From: a virus
DNA: 64,000 nt
Virus record (IMG/VR): IMGVR_UViG_3300025435_001056
Span: 96,001 to 160,000 of that record
Reading direction: 5' to 3' (one strand)
The notes below the pieces were generated by a model. The model made no database searches, had not been told where the DNA came from, and worked only from the letters and a program-made list of their open reading frames with translations. Below are positions 19,884-28,936 of the stretch, piece by piece (the first letter of the stretch is position 1; each line of letters starts with the position of its first letter). Made by a program: the position numbers and the translations under genes.

Positions 19884-20225
19884 ATGAACTATACTGTAGA
19901 CCAAATTAAAACAATCGTAGCCGAAGCTCGCCACGAAGCATACCTAGCCGCAGACAAGTTCTTTAAGGACAAGCTAGGTGGTCAAGACAAATATTCCTGT
20001 GGCTTTGCCTGGGTAGACATCTTTGGTATCAAAGGCAATACTCGGGTAGGTCGTGCCATGAAAGAAGCCGGCCTTCGCAAGAGCTATACCGGTAGTTACC
20101 AAATTTGGAATCCAGCCAGTTATGCATGTCAGAATATCGACACTCTTGAAGCAGGTGCTGAGGCAGCTGCAAAGGTATTTGAACGATATGGTTTCAAGGC
20201 CTACGCCGGATCGAGGTTAGACTAA
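19884..20225 (+). CDS. Conserved hypothetical phage protein
   Basis: CGFAWV...Q.I...EAGA.A.A.V....G..AYA.SRLD pattern. Confidence 0.75.
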   Translation: MNYTVDQIKTIVAEARHEAYLAADKFFKDKLGGQDKYSCGFAWVDIFGIKGNTRVGRAMKEAGLRKSYTGSYQIWNPASYACQNIDTLEAGAEAAAKVFERYGFKAYAGSRLD

Positions 20226-20389
20226 TGACCTTAGATCAAGCCTGTGCTAGAATTGTTGCCTACAGTGTGGTCAACGGTATTGAAAGTCTAACAGCGGTAG
20301 AGCGTATGGTCAAATACTATCGACTCTTATCCACCGAAGATCAACAAGCCGTTACAGTATTCATGGACAAAACAAAGGAGACAGCATGA
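20225..20389 (+). CDS. Small hypothetical protein (54 aa)
   Basis: Coupled TAATG start; fills the gap in the operon. Confidence 0.55.
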   Translation: MTLDQACARIVAYSVVNGIESLTAVERMVKYYRLLSTEDQQAVTVFMDKTKETA

Positions 20390-20514
20390 AAGCATTCGTA
20401 TTAGGAACCGTTTTTGGTATTTTGATCTGTACCGTTGGTCTATCCGGAATTGCCAAGATGCTAGACAACGGAGTAGCCAAGGTCCAGGAAGTATCCAAAG
20501 AAGCCGCCAAATAA
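20386..20514 (+). CDS. Small membrane protein (42 aa)
   Basis: SD aaggag, ATGA overlap, hydrophobic N-terminus. Confidence 0.6.
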   Translation: MKAFVLGTVFGILICTVGLSGIAKMLDNGVAKVQEVSKEAAK

Positions 20515-20548
20515 GGCTCTTTTGGATAACCAAATATAGCAATTATGG

Positions 20549-20577
20549 TTGACTTCAAACCCGAATTCAAGTATAAT
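20549..20577 (+). promoter_or_regulatory. sigma70-like promoter
   Basis: TTGACT-17-TATAAT. Confidence 0.75.
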
Positions 20578-20643
20578 AGTTATTGTAGTGAGAAGTAAAG
20601 GCAGTTTAAATCAACTTAATAGGCAACTTAGAAAGGCAACACA

Positions 20644-20967
20644 ATGTCACAAGAAAAATTATTTACAGTAGCAGGTACAGCAACTAACGCCGATGGCACA
20701 GTTAAGGCACGTTTTGCAAACGACTTGGTAGCTCGGATCAAGATCCTAAACAAAGCAGGTTGCACCAATATCAACCTTATGGAATTGCCACAAGCAATGA
20801 CCAAGCTCCAGGCTCTTCAGTACCTGACAGAGCAGGGTGTCACAGGTGATGCGGGTTACGCAGTAGCCAACAAACTTGCAGAAAAGACCAAGATCGCTAA
20901 AAAAGCCGAAATTAAGGTTGCAGGTAAGGCTATTAAGTCTGTTAAAGTAGAAAAAGTAACAGCCTAA
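20644..20967 (+). CDS. Hypothetical basic protein, possibly nucleic-acid binding
   Basis: K.RFAND...R.K.L.K.G motif and Lys/Ala-rich tail. Confidence 0.7.
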   Translation: MSQEKLFTVAGTATNADGTVKARFANDLVARIKILNKAGCTNINLMELPQAMTKLQALQYLTEQGVTGDAGYAVANKLAEKTKIAKKAEIKVAGKAIKSVKVEKVTA

Positions 20968-21012
20968 TAGGTAGTGGGGCAGGTGCAAACTATAAGTCCC
21001 CTAACTTATATC

Positions 21013-21306
21013 ATGACAAAGATACTGACCGTATCTTTTCTCTTTTTATTATCCGGTTGCGCAGCGGCTCCGTTGGTATTAACCGGACTCGGAGTCACTG
21101 GTGTAGCAGTAAACGAAACCACAGGCAAAACCCTTACAGATCATACAGTAAGTTCAATCAGCGGGCAAGATTGCAGGATTGGTAGAGCATTTAAAGAACA
21201 ATCGGTTTGCCAAGATTTGAATCAAGCTCAAACTCAAATACAAATAATCAATACTGGCACCAAACCATCAACTGTAGAAGAAATTCAAGCTCGTTATCGC
21301 TGGTAA
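21013..21306 (+). CDS. Putative lipoprotein
   Basis: Signal peptide with lipobox LLSGC. Confidence 0.6.
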   Translation: MTKILTVSFLFLLSGCAAAPLVLTGLGVTGVAVNETTGKTLTDHTVSSISGQDCRIGRAFKEQSVCQDLNQAQTQIQIINTGTKPSTVEEIQARYRW

Positions 21307-21334
21307 CTTGGCCATTTTGGCTAAGTATTTTGAT

Positions 21335-21565
21335 ATGTTTGACGAACTTGATCTTACCATTAGAACTGCAATTCATAATCTCATGCTGGTCTTATACGAT
21401 CAAGGCATCACCGAAATCCATACCGGCGGCCTCATGCGCCTGTTGGGTGTGTCCAATGATGTAGCCCAGGAGTATGATGATGAACGGGTGATCTTGGATG
21501 ATAATTTTGTCAGATATGTGGAAGAAATCAACACACCAAGACCGCCTGATCAGCTCCTGCATTAA
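21335..21565 (+). CDS. Hypothetical protein
   Basis: ATG 7 nt after TAAGTA. Confidence 0.6.
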   Translation: MFDELDLTIRTAIHNLMLVLYDQGITEIHTGGLMRLLGVSNDVAQEYDDERVILDDNFVRYVEEINTPRPPDQLLH

Positions 21566-21807
21566 TGACAGTACCTATTTTCAAAAACGGAGATGCCCTT
21601 TATACAGTAATTCTGCGAGAGTCTGATGCTCGAAATCGATTGGTTAAATGGTCCACTTCCAGTCGTAGTATCCAAGCTCGTGTTGACGAAAACAAGATGC
21701 ATATCTATGATCACAATACCCTAAGCCTGTTTATAGTGACCTGGACACACGGATGGGATAATGTAACAGTTTGGGATCCTTGGCTCAAACGGCATATTAC
21801 AATTTGA
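21565..21807 (+). CDS. Hypothetical protein
   Basis: Coupled TAATG start. Confidence 0.6.
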   Translation: MTVPIFKNGDALYTVILRESDARNRLVKWSTSSRSIQARVDENKMHIYDHNTLSLFIVTWTHGWDNVTVWDPWLKRHITI

Positions 21808-21837
21808 CAAATGCAATTTACACTGTATAATAACAGT

Positions 21838-22350
21838 ATGGATCCTAAAGATTATACCACATTTGAAAAAATATTAGACAGTTCGATCGCAACTGATTGT
21901 ATCACTATTCCTAATGGATACGGAGCCGAAACGGTTACAGTAAACAATGCCATTGACACAATCACTTTGTCTGAGTTTGACTTCAATTTACAAAACACCA
22001 TGTCTACTTATAGTAATGTTACTGTCACTAGCCCATACATTGTAAGTGGTGGCACTGGTCTTTATACTACAGGTACAACTGCTTCTCCGTGGGCTACTAC
22101 ACCCAGTTCAAAGATCCAACTGAACGGCGAAGACGCCGATATCGAAGTTAATGGATTAAGTCTAATGGATGCGATACAAAAGATTGAAGAACGCTTAAAC
22201 ATACTACATCCAAATACTGAATTAGAAGCGGAATGGGCAGAACTACGCGAATTGGGCGAGCAATACCGCAAACTTGAGCAACACATCAAGGACAAACAGG
22301 CTACATGGGACCGTTTGAAGGCCATGCCACCACCGGTGACTGATCAATGA
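21838..22350 (+). CDS. Hypothetical protein with C-terminal coiled coil
   Basis: Promoter TTGACA-16-TATAAT at 21804-21831; IEERL.IL.PN..LE.EW.EL motif. Confidence 0.65.
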   Translation: MDPKDYTTFEKILDSSIATDCITIPNGYGAETVTVNNAIDTITLSEFDFNLQNTMSTYSNVTVTSPYIVSGGTGLYTTGTTASPWATTPSSKIQLNGEDADIEVNGLSLMDAIQKIEERLNILHPNTELEAEWAELRELGEQYRKLEQHIKDKQATWDRLKAMPPPVTDQ

Positions 22351-23738
22351 CAACCTGGTCTGATTTTTACGATCAAATTAGAGATTCTTCCTGGCCCGAC
22401 TGCACAACTGAAGATCAGTTTGCCTTGTTGCCTGAACACATACAACAAGAATGCCAAGAAAAATTTGGCTATGTGCCTGGTGCATTTTCCAAGATCTCCA
22501 AATTAAAAAATCAAGTTTTCCCAATAAAAACAGCCACGGCCTGCCAGCTGAAATGGAATTGGAGTACCGTATTTCTTACTACAGAGGAAACCGCCAGTTG
22601 CCATAGGACCAATCATCACAAGTTTGATACCGATCTATTTGATTTTCATAATACTCCATCAAAATTAGATGATCGAAATCGCATGTTGGCTGGCAAATGG
22701 CCTCAGGAAGGATGTACATATTGTCACAACATTGAACAAGCAGGGGGGCAGAGTGATCGTATGACCAACCTGAACTTTTCGGGTATACATGCTCCGCCTG
22801 AATTAGACAATAATCCTCAAGCCATACAAGTTACCCCTAGAATTTTAGAAGTGTATTTTGATAATACCTGTAATTTGAAATGTCTCTACTGTGGTCCACA
22901 TTTTAGCAGCCTATGGGATGCCGAAAATCGACAGTTTGGACAACCGGCCTTTATCAAAAGCAAAAATATAGACAAAAACAAACAACAAATTTTTGCCTGG
23001 TTACGAGTCAACGGACAGTATTTGACCAATTTCAATATACTGGGCGGGGAACCCTTGTACCAGAGCGAATTGGAAGAGTGTTTAGATCTGTTTGAACAGT
23101 ATCCTGCCTCAGAACTCAAGTTGCAAATTTTTACTAATCTTAATACCAAACTTGATCATTTAAAAAAAATAGTTTCCAGAGTCAAACAGTTAGTCAATCA
23201 AAATAGTATTAGAGAATTTGAAGTTACAGCCAGCTTAGACTGCTGGGGTGCGGCACAGGAGTACGTTCGTTATCCTTTGAATTTGGAATCTTGGCAGAAA
23301 AATTTTGAATATCTACTGTCAGAATCCTGGATCAATTTGATTATAGGCAGTACCGTGACACCGTTAACTATAAAAACTCTGCCAGATTTATTGGAAAGGA
23401 TCAATCAATGGAATCAAGTTCGACCAGTTCATCATTATCAAAACAGTGTTAATGGACCCAGTTACATGTTTATTGATATGTTTGGTGATATTTTTCAGTC
23501 AGATTTTGCTTGTGCATTGGAACTCAAACCCGATGCTACCCCAGAACAACAGGCCAGCAAAAATTATCTATTGGGCATTGCCAAGCAATCGGTTGCCGGC
23601 GCTCCAAACTTGCCTGAAATAAAAAAACTGTTTGATTTTTTGAATGAAATAGATCGTCGTCGAAAGACCAGCTGGCCCAAAGTATTTCCTTGGTTAGTTT
23701 TGGAATTTAGCAAACATGGATTTAATATACCTACTTAA
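22347..23738 (+). CDS. Radical SAM protein
   Basis: CNLKCLYC (CxxxCxxC), GGEP, additional Cys (SCH, CTYC). Confidence 0.85.
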   Translation: MTTWSDFYDQIRDSSWPDCTTEDQFALLPEHIQQECQEKFGYVPGAFSKISKLKNQVFPIKTATACQLKWNWSTVFLTTEETASCHRTNHHKFDTDLFDFHNTPSKLDDRNRMLAGKWPQEGCTYCHNIEQAGGQSDRMTNLNFSGIHAPPELDNNPQAIQVTPRILEVYFDNTCNLKCLYCGPHFSSLWDAENRQFGQPAFIKSKNIDKNKQQIFAWLRVNGQYLTNFNILGGEPLYQSELEECLDLFEQYPASELKLQIFTNLNTKLDHLKKIVSRVKQLVNQNSIREFEVTASLDCWGAAQEYVRYPLNLESWQKNFEYLLSESWINLIIGSTVTPLTIKTLPDLLERINQWNQVRPVHHYQNSVNGPSYMFIDMFGDIFQSDFACALELKPDATPEQQASKNYLLGIAKQSVAGAPNLPEIKKLFDFLNEIDRRRKTSWPKVFPWLVLEFSKHGFNIPT

Positions 23739-23802
23739 TGGCAAAAAGTATCAAAAATTGTAGATTTTAAACCAGACAAGTTATATAATACTAAGTATTT
23801 TA

Positions 23803-24094
23803 GAGAGTAGAAAAAACAACCAGGCTAACATTGCGTTTAGCGGAGGATTACAAATCAAGATCTACTCCACAACGGACGGGTCAGTGCCGCAAAGCTGACC
23901 GGTATTAAAGAGGACTTCGGAAATCCTCTTCATTGACAAATGGTATGGGCAAACTGGAAACAAAGGTTTGCTTAGAGAGTATGGCACTGAGGCCCGAGGT
24001 CTTGATCTGTCTAAATATCTACCCACCGCCATTGTCTGTGCGCCCATTCCGGGCATCCGCTGAAACGGTCCAGTTGAACCGAAGGAGGACGACA
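23803..24094 (+). ncRNA. Candidate structured leader RNA (unassigned family)
   Basis: At least 7 complementary stems, including long-range and pseudoknot-like pairs, in a ~350-nt non-coding gap. Confidence 0.55.
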
Positions 24095-24781
24095 ATGAAG
24101 CGTATCTTATTATCGTTATTACTAGTAGTCAGCAGTTTGGCAACAGCAGCAGAAGTACGGCAGGATCAGGTAGTGTTGGCAGACAACACGACTTTCAGCG
24201 GTCAGATGGCGGAGCATGCCGCTAGTTTCGTTCGAAGCACTGCCAATACCTTAACAGCACCATTCTTGTCACAGCAGGATGTTGAGTGCTTGGCCCGTAA
24301 CATATTTTACGAAGCCGGATCGGAACCCTTAGAGGGCAAGGTGGCCGTGGGCATGGTCACAATCAATAGAACCCAGGACGATCGATACCCACAAGATATC
24401 TGCGGAGTAGTAAAACAACGCACAGTGATCACAGTACCACAACAGGTCACTCAAGTCAAGACAGTCAAAGAAGGTTGGCTACTACCACCCCGGCAGGTGG
24501 TGGAAACTCGAACTCAACGGGTAACTCGTGCCATATATCAGTTTAGTTGGGTAGGACAACGCAATCTGCGCATACGCGAAGATGATCCGCGCTGGATCGA
24601 AAGCCGCGCTGTGGCCGAAGAACTGGCCCGCGGCGGCTACGAAACATGGCAAGAAAAGTATAGCGAAGCCATGAATTTCCATGCGGTGTATGTGAATCCG
24701 GGCTGGCGTTTAAAGCGCATTGGCCGGGTAGGAAATCACATATTTTATAAAGGAAACGCACCTGTTCAACAGGGTGGTTGA
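24095..24781 (+). CDS. Cell wall hydrolase (SleB/Hydrolase_2 family)
   Basis: CLARNIFYEA.SE...GK.AV..V..NR, QFSW, FHA.YV.P.W, G.HIFY motifs; signal peptide; SD aaggagg. Confidence 0.9.
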   Translation: MKRILLSLLLVVSSLATAAEVRQDQVVLADNTTFSGQMAEHAASFVRSTANTLTAPFLSQQDVECLARNIFYEAGSEPLEGKVAVGMVTINRTQDDRYPQDICGVVKQRTVITVPQQVTQVKTVKEGWLLPPRQVVETRTQRVTRAIYQFSWVGQRNLRIREDDPRWIESRAVAEELARGGYETWQEKYSEAMNFHAVYVNPGWRLKRIGRVGNHIFYKGNAPVQQGG

Positions 24782-24806
24782 CCAAAAACTCGCAAGGTGT
24801 TATAAT
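24778..24806 (+). promoter_or_regulatory. sigma70-like promoter
   Basis: TTGACC-17-TATAAT. Confidence 0.75.
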
Positions 24807-24838
24807 TGTAGTATGAATAACACTTGCGAGTCGAAATA

Positions 24839-25234
24839 ATGGCATTCCATCTTGAAGGACCGTGGTTAAGCACAACTGGCAAAAAGCGAGGCCCCCGTAA
24901 ATGGGCCAGTTCCGAAGCCAAACAATTAGCTCAAAAACGGCAGGCTGAATGGGATCGTAAACTGATTCAGTTTGAAAAGATGGCGCCTAAATTTAGTACA
25001 GGACCTTATAATGCTCCAAGAAAAACAATACACGACTTTATACCAAAAACTCCACCAGGGCGCGAAACAGTTGCTATCCCTAGTCAGGATACTGGTTGGG
25101 TTGCCTGCGTAAAAGCACAAGATACCGAATATACCGGTACCAAAGTAAAAGGTATTGGCACCATGCACAAATCCAATGCTGTGCCTATTTTCTCCGATGA
25201 CGAAGCAAAAGATATAAGTAAAATGCGTCGCTGA
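24839..25234 (+). CDS. Conserved T4-like phage hypothetical protein
   Basis: YTG..VKGIGTMHKSNAVPIF...A.DIS.MRR C-terminus. Confidence 0.75.
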   Translation: MAFHLEGPWLSTTGKKRGPRKWASSEAKQLAQKRQAEWDRKLIQFEKMAPKFSTGPYNAPRKTIHDFIPKTPPGRETVAIPSQDTGWVACVKAQDTEYTGTKVKGIGTMHKSNAVPIFSDDEAKDISKMRR

Positions 25235-25250
25235 AAAAGGAGATAGTGTC

Positions 25251-25469
25251 ATAGCAAAAGAAGAAGTAATCAAAATGGACGGGTTAATAGCCGAAGTGCT
25301 ACCCAATACCCAGTTCCGTGTGGAAATTGAAGGATTTGAACGAGCTATCTTGGCTACTTTAAGTGGACGCATGCGGCAAAACAATATCAAAGTGCTAGCC
25401 GGTGATACGGTAGAAATGGAATTTAGCCCTTACGACCTAACTCGCGGTCGTATTACCCGACGCCGATAA
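25251..25469 (+). CDS. infA: Translation initiation factor IF-1 (probable ATA start)
   Basis: (M)AKEEVIKMDG...LPN..FRV...SGRMR.N.I.VL.GD.V..E.SPYDL.RGRI; SD AGGAG 8 nt before ATA. Confidence 0.9.
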   Translation: MAKEEVIKMDGLIAEVLPNTQFRVEIEGFERAILATLSGRMRQNNIKVLAGDTVEMEFSPYDLTRGRITRRR

Positions 25470-25477
25470 ATATCTGT

Positions 25478-26020
25478 ATGCGTGAAATAATTGACCTAGT
25501 AGAAGCTTCTACCCGACCAGCCAAGCTGGAAACCACAACCTTGCCCTACACTCACAAGGCCTTGGAACCGGTTATGAGTGCAGATACCATTGAGTATCAT
25601 TACGAACATTTGGCCAAGGGCTATGCAAAGAAATACAATGCAGGCGAAGGCGACCCTGACTTTAATCGTGCTGGAAGTTTCCTGCACAACAAGTTCTTCC
25701 CACAGTTGCGTGAACCTCGCGGTGCCAATAGACCCAAGGGTGCAGTATTGGAACTGATTGAAACCAAGTTCAAAACCTACGAAGACTTTAAAGCAGCAGT
25801 TAAAGAAGTGGCCATGAAGATCCAAGGAAGTGGTTGGATATATCTATCAACCGGTGGCGAAATCAAAACCATTCGCAATCATGCTGTTCGTACCGATATC
25901 TGTGTCTTGATTGACTGGTGGGAGCACTCGTGGAGTTTGGATTATCAATGGGACAAAGAGAAGTATTTGGATAACATCTGGAAGATTATCAACTGGGATG
26001 TTTGCAACGAACGGTTGTAG
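25478..26020 (+). CDS. sod: Fe/Mn superoxide dismutase
   Basis: LPY...ALEP, HY..L...Y, FLH..FF, GSGW and DWWEHS motifs. Confidence 0.9.
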   Translation: MREIIDLVEASTRPAKLETTTLPYTHKALEPVMSADTIEYHYEHLAKGYAKKYNAGEGDPDFNRAGSFLHNKFFPQLREPRGANRPKGAVLELIETKFKTYEDFKAAVKEVAMKIQGSGWIYLSTGGEIKTIRNHAVRTDICVLIDWWEHSWSLDYQWDKEKYLDNIWKIINWDVCNERL

Positions 26021-26048
26021 TCATAAATACTCGTGGGAACACGCAACC

Positions 26049-26516
26049 ATGAGAACAACCAAAAAACACAGACGCATTTACGAAGATTATTATAATGTAA
26101 GATTGCCAAGCATTATTGAAATACATCATATTGATGGCAATCACGATAACAATGATATCACAAACTTAATGGCAGTTACTATCGAAGAGCACTTTGAAAT
26201 TCATAGACAACAGGGCGATTACGCTGCGGCATTTAGAATATCACAAAGAATGGAAGTTAGCAAAGAGGAAAAAAGTAGATTGGCATCCTTAGCCGCAACC
26301 AAAGCCAATGCAGAAGGAAAATGCGGGTTTAAATTGGGTCATGCTTCGATCGCTGGAAAGGTAGGCGGCAAAAAAGGTGGCGCCTATGCTAAGGAAAACC
26401 GTACAGGAATATTTGCATTAACACCCGAACAGAATAAACAACGACATTTCAATTCTGTAGTAACCAAAATGATTAAAGCCGGCAAAGCAAGTGCTTGGCC
26501 AAGAGAGGAAATATGA
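26049..26516 (+). CDS. HNH homing endonuclease
   Basis: [17 protein letters not shown]...EH motif; own TAAATA upstream. Confidence 0.8.
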   Translation: MRTTKKHRRIYEDYYNVRLPSIIEIHHIDGNHDNNDITNLMAVTIEEHFEIHRQQGDYAAAFRISQRMEVSKEEKSRLASLAATKANAEGKCGFKLGHASIAGKVGGKKGGAYAKENRTGIFALTPEQNKQRHFNSVVTKMIKAGKASAWPREEI

Positions 26517-26839
26517 TTACAATTACAGATTCAGCAGTATCAAAACTCCAAGATATTCTGATAGAGGAAGCCAACCCTAATCTTAAACTTCGTGTGTTTG
26601 TACAAGGTGGTGGATGCAGTGGTATGCAATATGGTTTTACTCTGGACGAAGAGCAGGCCGAAGATGACTGGGATCTGGATGTCAATGGTGTCCATGTGCT
26701 AGTTGACAGCATGAGTGGTGGGTATTTGCAAGGAGCCACCATAGACTATCGAGAAGATCAATACGGCAGCAGTTTCAGCATCAACAATCCCAACGCTCAA
26801 ACCACCTGCGGTTGCGGTAGTAGCTTTAGCCCTTACTAA
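26513..26839 (+). CDS. erpA: A-type Fe-S carrier (ErpA/IscA/HesB)
   Basis: [16 protein letters not shown] and [12 protein letters not shown] motifs. Confidence 0.9.
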   Translation: MITITDSAVSKLQDILIEEANPNLKLRVFVQGGGCSGMQYGFTLDEEQAEDDWDLDVNGVHVLVDSMSGGYLQGATIDYREDQYGSSFSINNPNAQTTCGCGSSFSPY

Positions 26840-26893
26840 CCAGAATACTCTAGCTTAACCCTATGCTAAATACAGTATAGGGGTCCTGAATCT

Positions 26894-28933
26894 ATGAGTC
26901 AAGTATACATCAATGTAGGAGCAACACCAAACGACGGTGATGGCGATCCCATCCGCACGGCGTTTATTAAAACTAACACCAATTTTAGCACACTTTTTAG
27001 CATACCGCAAGCCAGTCCTCCTCCAACATTGGTAGGCAGCCCCGGTGATTTTGCTGGCATGTATGCCTATAGCGGTTCTTATTTTTACTATTGTTTTGCT
27101 AACTATACCGGCAATACAACAATTTGGGCACAAATTACACAAGCTGGTAATGTTTCAGTTTCGGCCATTAACAATGGAACCAGCAATATATCAATTGCAG
27201 GAGTCAATGCCAATGCCACAGTCAATATTAATGGCACCAGCGATGTGGCAGTTTTTAGCAATGCCGGCATTTTTCTCAGTGGTGTAGTCAGTGCCACTGG
27301 TAATATACGCGGCGGCAACATTAATACAGCCGGAGTAGTCAGTGCCATTGGAAATATTTCTGGAAATTATATACTGGGAAATGGAAGTCAACTGACTGGA
27401 TTACCGGCCACTTATTCAAATGCCAATGTGGCTAATTATTTGCCAGTATATTCGGGCAACATATCAAGCAACAATTTATCAGCTACGGGCAATATTGTTG
27501 GCAATAATATTTTTTCCAGCAGTATCATCAGTGCCACAGGCAATATTGTTACTGCTGGATATTTTGTTGGAAACTTTGCCGGCAATATCACTGGAAATTT
27601 GGTGGTACCTGGTTCAAACACTGAAGTGTTGTTCAATACCAATGGAAACTCTGATGCGGTAGCTGGCATGACCTACAACAAAGGAACCAATACTTTTGCA
27701 GTATTGGGAACTGTTAGCTCACAAGGTAATATCATTGGCGGTAACATTGTCACTGTGGGACTAATCACTACCGCAGGAAATGTGTATGCTGCTAACATCA
27801 CAGGTGGTAATCTATTAACCGGTGGACTGATTAGTGCGGCTGGATCACTCAATACCAACACTAGTGTCATTGCTCAAGGTAACATACGTGGTGGAAATTT
27901 GATCAGCAACGGATTGATCACATCCACCGGTAATGTTACCGGTGGCAACTTGTTGACAGGCGGTCTGGTTTCAGCCACAGGCAACATAAGTGGTAACTAT
28001 ATTCGTGCTGGGCAAGATATCAATGCTGGCGGCAATGTCACGGCCGTCAATGTCAATGCCAATATAGCCAGTATCATTGGCAATGTCTACGGCGGCAATA
28101 TTTCAACTGTTGGTCTAATAAGTGCTGTAGGAAATGTCTCTGGCAATTATTTTATTGGCAATGGAAGACAGCTTACTGGATTGCCAACTTCATACAGCAA
28201 TACTGATGTGGCCTCCTTTTTATCTGCGTACGGTTCCAACACTGTCAGCACTACCGGCACTGTAACCGCAGGTAATATCACAGGTGGCAATGTGTTAACT
28301 GGTGGAGTTGTCTCTGCCATCGGCAATGTCATTGGCAACTACATACTTGGTAACGGAAGTCAACTAACCGGATTGCCAGCCAATTACGGAAATTCAAATG
28401 TGACCACTTTGTTGGCGGCATTTGGAAGTAATACTATATCGACCACAGGAAACATTACAGTTGGCAATATTCTTAATGCCAACGCAAATGCCCAAGGCAA
28501 TATTGGATCGCCTGGTGTATATTTCAACACAGTTTTTGCGCAGGCTACTTCGGCACAGTATGCTGACTTGGCTGAATGTTATCTAGCTGATGCCGACTAT
28601 ACCCCTGGAACTGTAGTTAGTTTTGGGGGTACTGCAGAAGTTACCACTAGTGATATAGATGCAGATCCTAAGATTGCTGGTGTAGTAAGTACTCATCCGG
28701 CTCACCTAATGAATTCTAAGTTATCTGGAGATCATGTGGTAGCTGTGGCTTTGGTAGGTCGTGTGCCATGTCACGTAATAGGACCTGTTACTGCAGGAGC
28801 CATGATGGTGTCGGCCGGTAATGGTCGTGCTAGAGCTGAAGTTGACCCAGCAATGGGCACAGTAATTGGCAAGGCTGTACGGGCATTTGATGGTGCAACA
28901 GGTACTATTGAAATAGTTGTTGGAAGAATTTAA
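26894..28933 (+). CDS. Tail fibre/baseplate-attached fibre with C-terminal chaperone-like domain
   Basis: N-terminal G..PNDG.GDP.R.AF.K.N.NF, GNIT-type repeats, C-terminal AQYADLAE.Y...G.V.C.V.G domain. Confidence 0.75.
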   Translation: MSQVYINVGATPNDGDGDPIRTAFIKTNTNFSTLFSIPQASPPPTLVGSPGDFAGMYAYSGSYFYYCFANYTGNTTIWAQITQAGNVSVSAINNGTSNISIAGVNANATVNINGTSDVAVFSNAGIFLSGVVSATGNIRGGNINTAGVVSAIGNISGNYILGNGSQLTGLPATYSNANVANYLPVYSGNISSNNLSATGNIVGNNIFSSSIISATGNIVTAGYFVGNFAGNITGNLVVPGSNTEVLFNTNGNSDAVAGMTYNKGTNTFAVLGTVSSQGNIIGGNIVTVGLITTAGNVYAANITGGNLLTGGLISAAGSLNTNTSVIAQGNIRGGNLISNGLITSTGNVTGGNLLTGGLVSATGNISGNYIRAGQDINAGGNVTAVNVNANIASIIGNVYGGNISTVGLISAVGNVSGNYFIGNGRQLTGLPTSYSNTDVASFLSAYGSNTVSTTGTVTAGNITGGNVLTGGVVSAIGNVIGNYILGNGSQLTGLPANYGNSNVTTLLAAFGSNTISTTGNITVGNILNANANAQGNIGSPGVYFNTVFAQATSAQYADLAECYLADADYTPGTVVSFGGTAEVTTSDIDADPKIAGVVSTHPAHLMNSKLSGDHVVAVALVGRVPCHVIGPVTAGAMMVSAGNGRARAEVDPAMGTVIGKAVRAFDGATGTIEIVVGRI

Positions 28934-28936
28934 ACA

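Noticed and set aside
5688-20389. Possible paralogy between small ORFs 5688..5942 and 20225..20389
   Set aside because: Only a weak pattern similarity by eye, not supportable without a profile comparison.
23880-23975. c-di-GMP-I riboswitch or group I intron assignment for the leader RNA
   Set aside because: GCAAAG and GGGCAAAC-like words are present but not in the canonical order or stems, and no group I P7 core motifs are recognisable; left unassigned.
23933-24094. 54-aa N-terminal extension of the hydrolase given in the ORF track
   Set aside because: A strong SD and a signal peptide begin at ATG 24095, so the upstream part is better explained as a non-coding leader.
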